In this document: positions 31,113 to 42,143 of the stretch, in pieces
How positions within the stretch are numbered: position 1 is the first letter of the stretch
How the letters are laid out: the number at the start of each line of letters is the position of its first letter
Source of the DNA: Oculatellaceae cyanobacterium bins.114
GTDB lineage: Bacteria; Cyanobacteriota; Cyanobacteriia; Elainellales; Elainellaceae
Length of the DNA stretch: 57,895 nucleotides
Direction of reading: 5' to 3'
Assembly (NCBI GenBank): GCA_033764315.1
Contig: JANRJA010000048.1
Coordinates: 1 to 57,895, forward strand
Program-made: the position numbers and the translations under genes
The notes under the pieces: generated by a model
The model's input: only the letters and a program-made list of their open reading frames with translations
What the model was told of the DNA's origin: nothing
The model's database searches: none

Positions 31113-32486
31113 CTAAACCAAGACTCGATTAGGCTGCGATAGAGCAACCTCACGGCTTCTAAAAAGTTGAATCACTCCATTGCTCACGGTTTGCACTACA
31201 TCAGGGTTGCATTGGGCGAGAAAGTCTTCAGCTGTAATTGATCCCTTAAAAAATTCTTTAGCGTGCCCGATTAGTTTTCTAACTTCGCTAAAGCCAACCA
31301 GTTTCACCACATATGTGGCGATCGGGGAGTTTTTAACGTCATAAGACGAGTCTGAGTTGCGCCCTTTTTCAAGTAACTCTAGTACTTCACGTTCTAGCTC
31401 AGTGTCGGGAACATAATGGTTGGAGATTTCTGGAATAAAGTGTTCGAGTTGAGGTGTCGAGTAATCGGGGGAGGGCAACTCACCCATCATGGTTGAAATG
31501 GGAATATCACGCCCAATCCGAAACGATAGTGCCTCAATAATGGCGATCGACACCAGCTTGGCACCGAGATAGAGCTTGGCAGCTTCTAGATTTCTCCGTG
31601 TGTGTTCCATCAACGCTTGATAGGTTTCTGAGGCAGGTTCCCCTCTAAATTGTTGAAACACCACCTCAGGTTTCAAAAAATTCATAAACCCTTCCATTTT
31701 TTGAATGGAGGTACGATAGCCATGAACCGTGTAGGAGTTGGGAGTTGCCAGGTGATGGTTGGTTTCAGGTAAGAGGTTCCAGGTGTTATCTAAAAAGTGA
31801 GCTGAACTGGGAGAGGCAAAGTTTTCCACATCTCGGTTGGCGACTCGGATCGCGCGTTGAACGACCGCAACCATTTTTTCCTCACTCCAACCCAGGGCAA
31901 AATCTTGATTGACCGTGTGGAGGCGTTGATGAAGGCGATCGCACGCGCTAAGCCCCTCATCTGATTTAGAGCGAAATGGGATGGTTGCCTCAATGCAAGC
32001 AGCAACCTCAGCAATGACAGAGGCAGACAGCAGGTGTTCTAATGCTTTTGCAGCGATAATGGCACTCAAAAATTCGTTTTGCCCTGCCATTGGTGAAAGA
32101 GCCTGACTGGGTGAAAAGCCAAAAATGGCAAGAATCAGTTCAAACATGCGATCGGGTCGAAGTTCACCCTGTTCTCGAATAATCAACTGCTGTGACTCTT
32201 CTTTAACAAAAGCAGAGATGTAGCAACTGATATTGACGCTGACTCCCTGATCGACCTGCACATAGACCAGATCGTGAAACAGAGCGGCTAACACCTCAAC
32301 CGCATCTTCAGCACCCCCAACTTCAAAAATATGATCGGGGGTATGGAAAAACCGCCAAGGCCCGGTCATGGTTTGAATGATCAGATTGGCAATTCTTTCT
32401 AGTTGCTTTGAGTCGGCTTTACCCTCTAGCTGATCGATCGCCCATACCAGGCTTTTCAAACAGCGTTCCCGATCTTGTTCCGCCAT
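31113..32486 (-). CDS. Hypothetical protein with an HD-type metal-binding motif (ATG start 32486)
   Basis: WRFFHTPDH...LAALFHDLVY...ANRDV. Confidence 0.7.
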   Translation of the reverse strand: MAEQDRERCLKSLVWAIDQLEGKADSKQLERIANLIIQTMTGPWRFFHTPDHIFEVGGAEDAVEVLAALFHDLVYVQVDQGVSVNISCYISAFVKEESQQLIIREQGELRPDRMFELILAIFGFSPSQALSPMAGQNEFLSAIIAAKALEHLLSASVIAEVAACIEATIPFRSKSDEGLSACDRLHQRLHTVNQDFALGWSEEKMVAVVQRAIRVANRDVENFASPSSAHFLDNTWNLLPETNHHLATPNSYTVHGYRTSIQKMEGFMNFLKPEVVFQQFRGEPASETYQALMEHTRRNLEAAKLYLGAKLVSIAIIEALSFRIGRDIPISTMMGELPSPDYSTPQLEHFIPEISNHYVPDTELEREVLELLEKGRNSDSSYDVKNSPIATYVVKLVGFSEVRKLIGHAKEFFKGSITAEDFLAQCNPDVVQTVSNGVIQLFRSREVALSQPNRVLV

Positions 32487-32825
32487 AAAGCCTCTTCGCT
32501 CCCCTGAATGCCTCTTATGAGTTCTATAAATACTGTATTGAATATTGAATGATGAATGGTACTTCATGGAAGGATGTTCCTGAATATACAAGCTCAAACT
32601 TTACATTTAGAAACATCTCTTAAGTTAGCAATATTAAGCGATCGCTTGAGTGAATGCCTCTAATACTAAAGCAATCTTGGGCAGAGCATGTCATCAGAAT
32701 TAGACACATTTTAGATTGTGATTTAAATCATCGGTTCATATTGTGTTCAATCACTCAATTGAGGTGAAAAGATCACCTGCTAGTCGGGGTTTCAATCACG
32801 AGCCACTGCCCTGAAACACGAGATA

Positions 32826-33425
32826 TTGATTGACATCAGATGCCCCTTAACAAAAGCTATGTCTAATCCACTGCGTCACCCATCTACTCTTCATTCGGCT
32901 ACTCGTGGACGTTCTCTATGGCAGCACTTTGAAAAACCAATTACTGGTTTATTGTTTACAGTTGCTCTGATTGTGTCGTCTGAGGGATTGCCCCATCTAA
33001 CAGCGCAAGGGGCAGAGGTGCCATCTCGGTTATCCCAGGCTGCTTCTGAAACGTCACCTCAACCTGTCATGCCCGACGGAGTGTATCTGTATGGCCAGTC
33101 GCCTCAAGCAGAACAGATTGGCTCAACCTATGTGGTGTTTGAGGTTAATCGCGATCGCGTTGTGGGTGCGTTTTACATGCCCTCCTCATCGTTTGACTGT
33201 TTTCAAGGTGAGCTGCGCCCCAATCAAATGGATCTAACGGTGGCAGATAGCTACGATCAAGAGAGTTATTCGTATGCGGTAGCTGTGCAACACAACGGCT
33301 CAGTAGCAGACACTCATGGAAGGGCGATCGCCGAGACAATGATCCCGGGATATCACTCGTTAGCAGTTGTCAGTGACAACGATCAAAACATTCTGGCAAC
33401 CTGTAAACAACGTTTCTCAAATTAA
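32826..33425 (+). CDS. Conserved cyanobacterial exported hypothetical protein
   Basis: Hydrophobic N-terminal segment; DGVYLYGQS....IG.TY.VFEV....VGAFYMP.SSFDCF.G. Confidence 0.7.
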   Translation: MIDIRCPLTKAMSNPLRHPSTLHSATRGRSLWQHFEKPITGLLFTVALIVSSEGLPHLTAQGAEVPSRLSQAASETSPQPVMPDGVYLYGQSPQAEQIGSTYVVFEVNRDRVVGAFYMPSSSFDCFQGELRPNQMDLTVADSYDQESYSYAVAVQHNGSVADTHGRAIAETMIPGYHSLAVVSDNDQNILATCKQRFSN

Positions 33426-33454
33426 TCAATACACGGTGTGCAACTTAGAGGTCT

Positions 33455-33520
33455 AGATCCTCGATTTCTCATCAGCATCCGCAAAGGAGTCTGATTCCCA
33501 TCACCAGAAACCGGGGATCT
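33455..33520. repeat. AGATCCCCGA-type inverted-repeat element
   Basis: AGATCCTCGATTTCT...AGAAACCGGGGATCT between convergent genes. Confidence 0.55.
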
Positions 33521-33541
33521 TGGGGAAGTCGGACATGAGGC

Positions 33542-36313
33542 TCACTCAGCCGATTTCGTCGATTTTTTGCTGGTTCCTGGACGGGTTGATTTTGTCGATT
33601 TAGTTGTGGTTTTGGTGGTCTTTTTAGTCGCTGTTTTTTTAGTCGTGGTCTTTTTAGCTGTGCCAGTTGCCTTAGCCGCAGTTGCTGCTTTTGTTTTCCC
33701 TGACGCTTCAGACTTAGCAGAACGGCTCGATCGCGCCTTAGTGCTTTTTGACTTAGTGCCTGCTTTCTCGGCTAATGCTTTGATTGCAACCTCCATTGCC
33801 AGATTCTCTACTGTGACCCCTTCAGGCAAAGAGGCATTGACCTTACCGTGCTTGATGTAAGGACCATAGGGACCGTTGTAGATATTGACGGGTTCGCCAT
33901 CCTCTGGGTGAGCCCCCAACTCTCGCAGAGGAGTCGCTGTTTTGCCTCGCCCGCGACCTAGTTTTGGCTCTGCTAACAGTTCCAATGCTCGTTCTAGGGA
34001 GATGGTAAAGACATCGTCGTCGCCTTTGAGCGATCGATAGTCTTTTTTGACTTTGCCGTCTTCATCCTTGCCTAGATCATGAACGATATAGGGACCATAT
34101 TGCCCGAGATTGGCTTGCACTTTGCGCCCGGTATCAGGGTGTAACCCCAAGGTGCGAGGCAACGCCAACAAACTGACGGCTTTTTCTAAGGTCAGATCTT
34201 GAGGATTGAGACCCTTGGGTAAAGAGGCGCGTTTAGGCTTAGGATTCTCAGTGGTCTCATCCCCCAACTGCACATAGGGACCATAGGGACCAATGCGCGA
34301 ATAAATGGGTTCGCCCGTGTCGGGGTGGAAGCCGATTTTGTCGGGGCCCTCAATTTTTTGGCGCAACAACACTTCCACCTGTTCGGGGTCGAGGTCAGAG
34401 GGAGTGAGATTTTGAGGAATATTGGCTTTGACCAAATCATCGCCATTGCCAACTTCGATATAAGCCCCATAGCGACCAATTCGCACTTTGGCCTCTAACC
34501 CCTCCAGGTCGATCGCCCGTGCTTCAGTGGGGTCAATCTGGCTTTCTCGCTGTTTGACTTGATTCTCTAGACCGGAGGTGCCCAGATAAAACTCCTTAAG
34601 GTAAGGGAGCCAATCGGCTTCACCCGTCGAAATCTCATCTAGAGTCTGTTCCATGCGAGCCGTAAAACTGGTATCGACCAGATCAGGGAAGTGGTTTTCG
34701 AGTAGCCGAGTCACCGCAAAAGCAGTAAACGTGGGCACCAGGCTGTTATTGATCATCTGCACATAGCCGCGATCGATGATCGTGCCAATGATGCTGGCGT
34801 AGGTGCTGGGTCGCCCAATGCCTTCGCTTTCCAGGGTTTTGACGAGGGAAGCTTCGGTGTAGCGAGCGGGGGGTTGAGTTTCGTGGGCGATCGCTTCTAA
34901 ATCCTGACAATTGGGGTGATCCCCAACCACCAGTGGCGGCAAGATCACTTCCTGACTTTCGATAGCTGCATTGGGATCATCCGATCCTTCGACGTAGGCC
35001 CGGAAGAAACCAGGGAAGTCGATGCGTTTTCCGGTGGCGCGAAATCCGGCATCTTCTACTTGAAGTTGCACCGTTACATGGGTTTGCCGTGCTTCTGCCA
35101 TCTGAGTGGCAACGGTGCGCTTCCAAATCAAGTCATATAGCTGCAACTCTCGACCGCCCAATCCTGTTTCTTGGGGTGTGCGGAAGGTGCTTCCAGCAGG
35201 ACGAATGGCTTCGTGTGCCTCTTGTGCGCCTTTGCTCTTAGTGGAATATCGACGCGGTTCAGGGCTGAGATAGGGTTTGCCATACATCGCCTCGACACAA
35301 CTACGGGCAGCGGCGATCGCTTGTTGTGACAGGTTCACCGAGTCGGTTCGCATGTAGGTGATGTAACCCTGCTCATAGAGGCTTTGCGCTGTTCGCATCG
35401 TGTCTCGTGCCGACAGGCGCAGTTTACGGTTTGCCTCCTGTTGCAGGGTTGAGGTGGTAAACGGAGGAGAAGGCTTGCGAGTGGAAGGGCGTTCCTCCAG
35501 GTTGGTTACCGTCCAGGTGCTTTCTCCCAGGCGGTCTTGCAATGCTCTGGCTTCAGCTTCGTTGAGCAGCAAAACCTGCCGTCCTGCAATGATGTGTCCA
35601 GTGGCTTCATCAAAATCGCTGCCCGTGGCGATGCGAGTGCCTCTAAGGTTGACCAGACGGGACTCAAAGGGAACCGAGTTGTGGGCTAATACGGCTTTCA
35701 AATCCCAGTAGGCACCTTTACGAAAGGCACGCCGCTCCCGTTCTCGTCTGACAATCAGTCGTACAGCAACCGATTGCACCCGTCCAGCCGATAGCCCCCA
35801 GGCAATTTTTTTCCAGAGCAAGGGTGAAAGGGTATATCCCACCAGGCGATCGAGAATGCGGCGAGTTTCTTGGGCATGGACGAGTTGCTCATCCACAGTT
35901 CGGCAGTTCTTTAAAGCCGCTTGAATCGCTTCTTCGGTGATCTCGTGAAACACCATGCGCTTGACTGGCACTTTCGGTTGCAACACCTGGAGCAAATGCC
36001 AGCTAATACTTTCCCCTTCGCGGTCTTCGTCCGTTGCCAGGACTAATTCACTCGCTTCTTTTAGGGCATCTTTAAGGGATTTGACAATTTTCTTTTTATC
36101 CTGCGGGATAATATAGAGGGGCTCGAAGTTAGCATCAACATTCACTCCAATCTTGGCCCAATCTTCACCTTTGTGCGCTGCCGGAATATCACTAGCAGAC
36201 TGAGGCAAATCACGAACATGCCCCATAGATGCTTCTACTCGGTAGCCTCTGGGTAAATAGTTGCGGATTGTCTTGGCTTTAGTCGGAGATTCAACAATAA
36301 CGAGAGTTGACAT
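33542..36313 (-). CDS. topA: DNA topoisomerase I with Toprim_C repeats and a Lys/Thr-rich tail
   Basis: [33 protein letters not shown] and GIGRPSTY. Confidence 0.98.
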   Translation of the reverse strand: MSTLVIVESPTKAKTIRNYLPRGYRVEASMGHVRDLPQSASDIPAAHKGEDWAKIGVNVDANFEPLYIIPQDKKKIVKSLKDALKEASELVLATDEDREGESISWHLLQVLQPKVPVKRMVFHEITEEAIQAALKNCRTVDEQLVHAQETRRILDRLVGYTLSPLLWKKIAWGLSAGRVQSVAVRLIVRRERERRAFRKGAYWDLKAVLAHNSVPFESRLVNLRGTRIATGSDFDEATGHIIAGRQVLLLNEAEARALQDRLGESTWTVTNLEERPSTRKPSPPFTTSTLQQEANRKLRLSARDTMRTAQSLYEQGYITYMRTDSVNLSQQAIAAARSCVEAMYGKPYLSPEPRRYSTKSKGAQEAHEAIRPAGSTFRTPQETGLGGRELQLYDLIWKRTVATQMAEARQTHVTVQLQVEDAGFRATGKRIDFPGFFRAYVEGSDDPNAAIESQEVILPPLVVGDHPNCQDLEAIAHETQPPARYTEASLVKTLESEGIGRPSTYASIIGTIIDRGYVQMINNSLVPTFTAFAVTRLLENHFPDLVDTSFTARMEQTLDEISTGEADWLPYLKEFYLGTSGLENQVKQRESQIDPTEARAIDLEGLEAKVRIGRYGAYIEVGNGDDLVKANIPQNLTPSDLDPEQVEVLLRQKIEGPDKIGFHPDTGEPIYSRIGPYGPYVQLGDETTENPKPKRASLPKGLNPQDLTLEKAVSLLALPRTLGLHPDTGRKVQANLGQYGPYIVHDLGKDEDGKVKKDYRSLKGDDDVFTISLERALELLAEPKLGRGRGKTATPLRELGAHPEDGEPVNIYNGPYGPYIKHGKVNASLPEGVTVENLAMEVAIKALAEKAGTKSKSTKARSSRSAKSEASGKTKAATAAKATGTAKKTTTKKTATKKTTKTTTKSTKSTRPGTSKKSTKSAE

Positions 36314-36900
36314 GGGCTTCGGTCAGGCTTTAAGGAAACGTTGGTTACGCAATGGAGCAAGAGAACGGAGTTGGAGCAGAGCTTGACAGATTATTCTAGA
36401 CTCTTGGATTCCAACCTAGCGAGGGAATTGATTCGATGCAACAGTGTAACCTCACTGATATAGCAATCCTAAGCAATCCTATGGGACGATTGAGCCGATT
36501 GACTAGGGTTAGGAAGGTTCTGTTGCCCTAGCCCAACTTGTGTTGGCTATAGATCTCTACTTATAGACCATATCGGCAGAAACAAAGATCGAATTCAGTG
36601 ATTTGCAACAGAGCTAGAAGCATGGCGCGGTATGATGCACTTAGTGCAGCTTTCCCGATGGGGAGAAGCAAGCCGTCAGGAGAAACCTCAAATTTTTTGA
36701 ACTCAACCATGTATTGTTGTTGTGTTTCTAAGTTTGAGCTAACTTCTAGGTTAGATAAGAAGGAATTTAAAGGGTGATTATCAAGTCTTGTTGATAATTC
36801 ATTACATTTAGCCTCTGTTAAACCTAAAAGTTTTTGTTGAAACTGACCCCATTTCTTTGATTTTCTGTTCTTTGCCGACCGCTCAAGCTTCCAGACTCCT

Positions 36901-38472
36901 ATGGACTTTGACACCCTTGCAGCTCAGTTAAATGCCGGAGACATTCTACCGGAAGGAATTGTAATTGCGACCCTGCTGTTGGTCTTGGTGGGTGATTTAA
37001 TCGTTGGGCGATCGTCTGCTCGATGGACTCCCTACCTGGCGATCGCCGGATTGTTGGGGGCGTTGGTTGCGCTCTACTTCCAGTGGAATGTTGCCAATCC
37101 CATTTCTTTTCTAGGAGGCTTTAACAGCGATGCCTTCAGCGTTATCTTTCGGGGCATTATTGTTTCCTCGGCTGTTTTCACCATCTTGATGTCAGTGCGA
37201 TATGTTGAGCAGTCAGGGACTTCCCTTGCTGAATTCATCACTATTCTTCTCACGGCAGCTTTGGGTGGAATGTTTCTCTCTGGTGCAGACGAATTAATCA
37301 TGATTTTCGTTTCCCTAGAGACTCTGAGTATTTCCTCCTATCTCCTAACGGGTTACATGAAGCGTGATCCTCGCTCTAATGAGGCCGCTCTAAAATATCT
37401 GCTGATTGGGGCAGCAAGTTCAGCCATCTTTTTATATGGGGTTTCGCTCCTATATGGGCTATCAGGTGGTGAAACCCGTCTGAGCAGTATCACTGCAAAC
37501 TTGTTTAACGAAACCCAAGACCCCTCACTGGGGATCGTGATTGCGTTAGTCTTTGTCATCGCTGGAATTGCCTTTAAGATTGCGGCTGTGCCATTTCACC
37601 AGTGGACGCCAGATGTCTATGAAGGATCTCCAACTCCAGTTGTGGCGTTTCTTTCGGTGGGTTCAAAAGCGGCAGGATTTGCTCTGGCAGTGCGGTTGTT
37701 GGTCAATGCTTTCCCGTTGGTCTCTGAACAGTGGCACTTTGTCTTGACGGCTTTGGCCATCCTGAGCATGGTGTTGGGCAATGTAGTTGCTCTGGCACAA
37801 AATAGCATGAAGCGTCTACTTGCCTATTCTTCGATTGGGCAAGCGGGCTTCTTGATGATCGGGTTAATTTTGGGCACTGATGCAGGATATTCCAGCATGG
37901 TGTTTTACCTGATGGTTTATCTGTTTATGAACCTGGGTGGTTTTACCTGTGTCATCTTGTTTACCTTGCGAACTGGAACGGATGAGATCGCTGAATACAG
38001 CGGTTTGTATCAAAAAGACCCTCTTTTGACGCTGGCACTGAGTATCTGTCTGCTGTCTTTGGGAGGCATCCCACCGTTAGCTGGATTTTTTGGAAAGCTC
38101 TATCTGTTTTGGGCGGGCTGGCAGTCGGGGGCCTATGGTCTGGTGCTGATTGGTTTGGTTACGAGTGTGATCTCCATCTATTACTACATTCGTGTGGTCA
38201 AGATGATGGTGGTCAAAGAACCAGAGGAAATGTCTGAGGCCGTAAAAAATTACCCCGAAGTTCAATGGACTCTACCAGGAATGCGTCCGTTGCAGGTCGG
38301 GCTGGTGATTGCTTTTGTGGCAACCTCTCTGGCGGGAATTTTGTCTAACCCGCTGTTTACCCTCGCCAACAGCTCTATTACTCGTACCCCAATGTTGCAA
38401 CCTACTCCGGTTGCGGAAGCCCCGACTCAAAAGACGGCTCAGGCCATTGTCGAAGCTGAAGTTGAGTTGTAA
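36901..38472 (+). CDS. ndhB: NDH-1 subunit 2
   Basis: [39 protein letters not shown] and [11 protein letters not shown]. Confidence 0.97.
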   Translation: MDFDTLAAQLNAGDILPEGIVIATLLLVLVGDLIVGRSSARWTPYLAIAGLLGALVALYFQWNVANPISFLGGFNSDAFSVIFRGIIVSSAVFTILMSVRYVEQSGTSLAEFITILLTAALGGMFLSGADELIMIFVSLETLSISSYLLTGYMKRDPRSNEAALKYLLIGAASSAIFLYGVSLLYGLSGGETRLSSITANLFNETQDPSLGIVIALVFVIAGIAFKIAAVPFHQWTPDVYEGSPTPVVAFLSVGSKAAGFALAVRLLVNAFPLVSEQWHFVLTALAILSMVLGNVVALAQNSMKRLLAYSSIGQAGFLMIGLILGTDAGYSSMVFYLMVYLFMNLGGFTCVILFTLRTGTDEIAEYSGLYQKDPLLTLALSICLLSLGGIPPLAGFFGKLYLFWAGWQSGAYGLVLIGLVTSVISIYYYIRVVKMMVVKEPEEMSEAVKNYPEVQWTLPGMRPLQVGLVIAFVATSLAGILSNPLFTLANSSITRTPMLQPTPVAEAPTQKTAQAIVEAEVEL

Positions 38473-38499
38473 GAATCAAGCTTGAGTATTGGTTTAGCA

Positions 38500-38532
38500 A
38501 GATCCCTGGATGCTTAAAGCGTCCAGGGGTCT
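38500..38532. terminator. Hairpin between convergent ndhB and thiO-thiG
   Basis: AGATCCCTGGATGC-ttaaa-GCGTCCAGGGGTCT. Confidence 0.6.
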
Positions 38533-38541
38533 TTATCTTTG

Positions 38542-40599
38542 TTAGGCAATCGTCCCGGTGAGGGGTGAACTGGCACTCGCAAGAGCTTTGACAGGGATGC
38601 GTCCTGCTAGGTATGCCATCCGTCCGGCTTCGGTTGCCATGCCCATTGCCTGCCCCATCAAAGCAGGATGTTGAGCCTGGGCGATCGCCGTGTTGATTAA
38701 CAAAGCATCGGCTCCCATTTCCATGGCTTGTGCGGCTTCGCTAGGGGTGCCGATCCCCGCATCGACCACAACCGGTACTCCAGCATTCTCAATAATGATC
38801 TGAATATTCGCAGCGTTCTTAATTCCTTGCCCTGAGCCAATGGGGGAACCCAAAGGCATAACGGTGACACAGCCCACCTCCTCCAATCGTTTTGCGAGAA
38901 GTGGATCGGCATTGATATACGGGAGAACAGCGAATCCTTCTTTGGCTAATTGTTCTGCGGCTTGCAGGGTGCCAATGGGGTCAGGCAACAAATATTTAGC
39001 ATCGGGGATCACTTCCAACTTGACAAAGTGGTTGTCTTCTTGACCCAAGAGTTTTGCCATTTCGCGCCCTAATCGCGCTACTCGAATGGCGTCTTCTGCC
39101 GTTTGACAACCTGCCGTATTAGGAAGCATCCATAATTTGCTCCAGTCCAAGGCTTCGGCTAACCCTTCGTGTCCGGGGGCATTGGTTTGTACCCGTCGCA
39201 CGGCAACGGTCACAATCTGGCTCCCACTAGCAGCAATGCTCTGGCGCATCTGGTCAAAGTTGCGATATTTGCCTGTACCTGTCATCAGCCGTGACGAAAA
39301 GGAGCGTCCGGCAATCACCAGAGGGGTGTCTTGAAGAGGTTGAGTTTGAGGTTCGAGAGTTTGCACAGGATTCATTAAAGAAGCGGATTGAAATTGCATC
39401 GGAGGAGTCGATATAGCTACCGTGTGAGGCGATTTTGAGGTGGGGGCGATCGCTGAGCTTGAAGCGGTTGTGGGATGGGTCGGCTCCGCTGCTGATGGGT
39501 GATAAAAGCGACTCCAGGAAAAGGGTTTTAACAGGGGAGCGGTGTGCTGTTGCCAAACCTGGTCAGCAATCAATTGAGCCGTCACCGGAGCTAACAGAAT
39601 ACCATTGCGGTAGTGCCCGATCGCCAGCGTTAAATTGTCACATAAACTGTTTCCTAAGATCGGTAACTCATCGGCAGTAGCGGGTCGAAAACCCCACCAG
39701 CATTCCTGAATGGGGAAGTGGCGCAGCGTGGGATATAGGTGAATGGCAGCATTAATTAAGGTTTGTATCCCCTCCATTGTGTTGTGGGGAGTAAAGCCCA
39801 CTGCTTCGCTGGTGGCTCCAATCACAATGCGACCGTCACGGCGAGGCACGATGTAAGTATCAGGGCCATATAACACCCGTTGGAGCGGCAATCCGGCTGA
39901 CTCACTCAGAGGCAGGCTCACCGCTAACATTTGCCCTTTTTTGGGATAGACGGGCACAGGCAACAAGTCGGATGACCACGCCCCAGTTGCCAGAATGTAG
40001 TGGTCTGCCTGCCAATCGTGGGATGGAGTTCTAACACCCAACACTCGTCCTTGTTGTTGGTGAATCCCTGTGACGTTGACTCCCTCTTGCACGTCAACCC
40101 CTAAAATTTGAGCCGTTGCCAGCAATGCTTGTGCGAGTGCCCGGTTGTCAATCTGTCCATCTTCAGGGAACCACCACCCCCCCGCAACATCTTCTCCCAG
40201 TCCAGGTTGCGCCAAGTGAATGGCAGATTGGTTAAGCCAGTAAGCCGATGACGCCGGAGTATAGGTTGGGTTGAGAGCGGTGGTTTGGGCGGCTGTAGTC
40301 TGATAAACGGGAGCAAGAATGCCACATGACCAATAGCCCGTTGACATGCCGCTGATCTCTTCTAGTTTGGCAACCCAATCGGGATAAAGAGCACGACTCT
40401 TGATACACAGATCCAACATGGCACCAGGCTCCAAACTCTCGGCTTGGGGGGCTAACATGCCTGCTGCTGCATGGCTGGCAGCTTGCTGAAAATCGCGACT
40501 GAGAATGGTGACATTGGCTCCGCGCAACTTTAGCTCAACTGCGATCGCCAACCCAATAACGCCACCTCCGACGATTAAAATATCACTTGTGTTGCTCAT
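38542..40599 (-). CDS. thiO/thiG: Fused glycine oxidase ThiO and thiazole synthase ThiG
   Basis: N-terminal GGGVIG, AAAGML and [12 protein letters not shown]-terminal [21 protein letters not shown] and PIGSGQG. Confidence 0.95.
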   Translation of the reverse strand: MSNTSDILIVGGGVIGLAIAVELKLRGANVTILSRDFQQAASHAAAGMLAPQAESLEPGAMLDLCIKSRALYPDWVAKLEEISGMSTGYWSCGILAPVYQTTAAQTTALNPTYTPASSAYWLNQSAIHLAQPGLGEDVAGGWWFPEDGQIDNRALAQALLATAQILGVDVQEGVNVTGIHQQQGRVLGVRTPSHDWQADHYILATGAWSSDLLPVPVYPKKGQMLAVSLPLSESAGLPLQRVLYGPDTYIVPRRDGRIVIGATSEAVGFTPHNTMEGIQTLINAAIHLYPTLRHFPIQECWWGFRPATADELPILGNSLCDNLTLAIGHYRNGILLAPVTAQLIADQVWQQHTAPLLKPFSWSRFYHPSAAEPTHPTTASSSAIAPTSKSPHTVAISTPPMQFQSASLMNPVQTLEPQTQPLQDTPLVIAGRSFSSRLMTGTGKYRNFDQMRQSIAASGSQIVTVAVRRVQTNAPGHEGLAEALDWSKLWMLPNTAGCQTAEDAIRVARLGREMAKLLGQEDNHFVKLEVIPDAKYLLPDPIGTLQAAEQLAKEGFAVLPYINADPLLAKRLEEVGCVTVMPLGSPIGSGQGIKNAANIQIIIENAGVPVVVDAGIGTPSEAAQAMEMGADALLINTAIAQAQHPALMGQAMGMATEAGRMAYLAGRIPVKALASASSPLTGTIA

Positions 40600-40704
40600 G
40601 AATAGACGGCAGCGATCGCCTCAAAGAATGGCTTAGACCTATTACCAATTTAAATCGGTTTGACGATCTTGATGGGGGCTTCTGGTGAAGAGAGAGTTGA
40701 GTGC

Positions 40705-41055
40705 TTACCATCCGCCTCGAATGCCTCGGTTGCTAGAACCTGTTGAGTTGCCAGAAGAGGTGGCTGAGTTGGCATTACCAGACTCAGAGGCTGGTTGACC
40801 AAAAGCTGGAGCGGCTTCAACTGGATTAGAGGGTAAATTGGCAGGGGCTTGGGTTGCTTCCTCGGCCTCGGTTTGACGAGAAGCACCATTAAAGAACCCA
40901 GAGATGGGGTTGCGTTGAATCACTGGCCCAACGGCAATCAGACCAACCATGACAAGAACCACAAACCCGACGACTCGCAGGGTTCCTTGCGCCAAGGTTC
41001 CAACCATGAGCGCAAGAGCAGCGAGCACCAAAAAGAAACCCAGCACCTCAACCAC
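40705..41055 (-). CDS. Hypothetical membrane protein: 2 N-terminal TM, low-complexity tail, ends GIRGGW
   Basis: GTG start with a strong RBS (GGAGGGAG); 116 aa. Confidence 0.75.
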   Translation of the reverse strand: MVEVLGFFLVLAALALMVGTLAQGTLRVVGFVVLVMVGLIAVGPVIQRNPISGFFNGASRQTEAEEATQAPANLPSNPVEAAPAFGQPASESGNANSATSSGNSTGSSNRGIRGGW

Positions 41056-41165
41056 TGCTCTCCCTCCTGGTACATCAACGAATTTTGAAACAAAGTTGGC
41101 AACTTACAGTGTAGCGAGGGAATGCGGCAAAACTAACCCTCAAAAGCGAGATTCTTAGGATAAAG

Positions 41166-41660
41166 TCACCAGCCTCCGGTAATGGGTTGTTGATTGGTCG
41201 GTCGTTGGGCGGCAGGTTGCTGGTTAGGAGAGGTTTGATAGTCGGGTTGATAGTCTTGTGGGGTAGACGCTGGAGCAGCAGTGGCTGACTGTCCATTATT
41301 AAAAGCGGCAAAAGGCTCTATGAATGGAATATTCTTCATTCCACTCCTGGCATAGAGGGGTGTCTTAGAGTCTGTTGTCGCTTCAGGGGTAACGACGACG
41401 GATGGAGACACCGTCGGACTGGCGATCGCCGTTGGACTAACCGTGACATTCACTTGAGGTGGGGGTGTTTGAGGAACAGAGTTAGCGGCTCTCGACTCCA
41501 TAATCTGGTTAAACATAGAACGGGCAGCAACTAAAAACAACCCGGTCAGCACGGCAATAACAACCAGGCGAATTAATCCTTTGGTGGCTCGGCTGATCAG
41601 ATATCCCGCCAAGACAAACACCATTAATAAAATGACCGCTCGAATTACAACTTCATTCAC
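41166..41660 (-). CDS. Hypothetical membrane protein: 2 N-terminal TM, P/Q/T-rich tail, ends PITGGW
   Basis: GTG at 41660 with AAGGAG RBS, just after the ferredoxin stop. Confidence 0.75.
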   Translation of the reverse strand: MNEVVIRAVILLMVFVLAGYLISRATKGLIRLVVIAVLTGLFLVAARSMFNQIMESRAANSVPQTPPPQVNVTVSPTAIASPTVSPSVVVTPEATTDSKTPLYARSGMKNIPFIEPFAAFNNGQSATAAPASTPQDYQPDYQTSPNQQPAAQRPTNQQPITGGW

Positions 41661-41671
41661 GCTGTCTCCTT

Positions 41672-42010
41672 TTAACCTTCTGCTGTCCACAGAGGTTGAT
41701 TACCGTGTCCCCAAAAACCATCAAACTTGGTAATTTTCACATCTCCTAAAACCTGAGTTTGGCAAGCAAGCCGACGATTTTGCATGAGAGAATGGGGAGG
41801 CATTGATCTCCGTGTTGTATCGCGCCAGTTGGGTTCGGATACCGTTCCCTCAATCTGAACAGCACACGTACCACACGTACCAATGCCACGACAGTTAATC
41901 CAGCTAGACTGCCCATTGTGAAGCTCAATGCCATTTTGCAGGAGCACTTGACGCAAGTTAGCCCCATTGGAACAGTCGATGATTTTTCCCTGGGCTGCTA
42001 CTTTAGGCAT
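41672..42010 (-). CDS. 2Fe-2S ferredoxin-like protein
   Basis: NCRGIGTCGTC...RLACQ. Confidence 0.9.
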   Translation of the reverse strand: MPKVAAQGKIIDCSNGANLRQVLLQNGIELHNGQSSWINCRGIGTCGTCAVQIEGTVSEPNWRDTTRRSMPPHSLMQNRRLACQTQVLGDVKITKFDGFWGHGNQPLWTAEG

Positions 42011-42143
42011 AGTGACTCCTGATGCAATCCATTGCAGTTTCTCTTGTTTTCTTCATCTTCCTTTAACAGTCTACGATTAGCGATCTCTCCCTGGTTCAAA
42101 TTTCTTGTGTTCTTCGTTTCTTCGTTCTTTCTACCTTGCATCC

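Noticed and set aside
32600-32620. Possible HLR1 (RpaB) site TTTACATT-ta-GAAACATC
   Set aside because: The second half has several mismatches and cannot be told from AT-rich background.
36561-36914. 117-aa minus-strand ORF between topA and ndhB
   Set aside because: Overlaps the ndhB start and promoter region; no recognisable motif or RBS.
40705-40730. RGIRGG as a PatS/PatX-like RG(S/T)GR peptide
   Set aside because: It does not match RG(S/T)GR, and the neighbouring protein shares GGW rather than the Arg residues.
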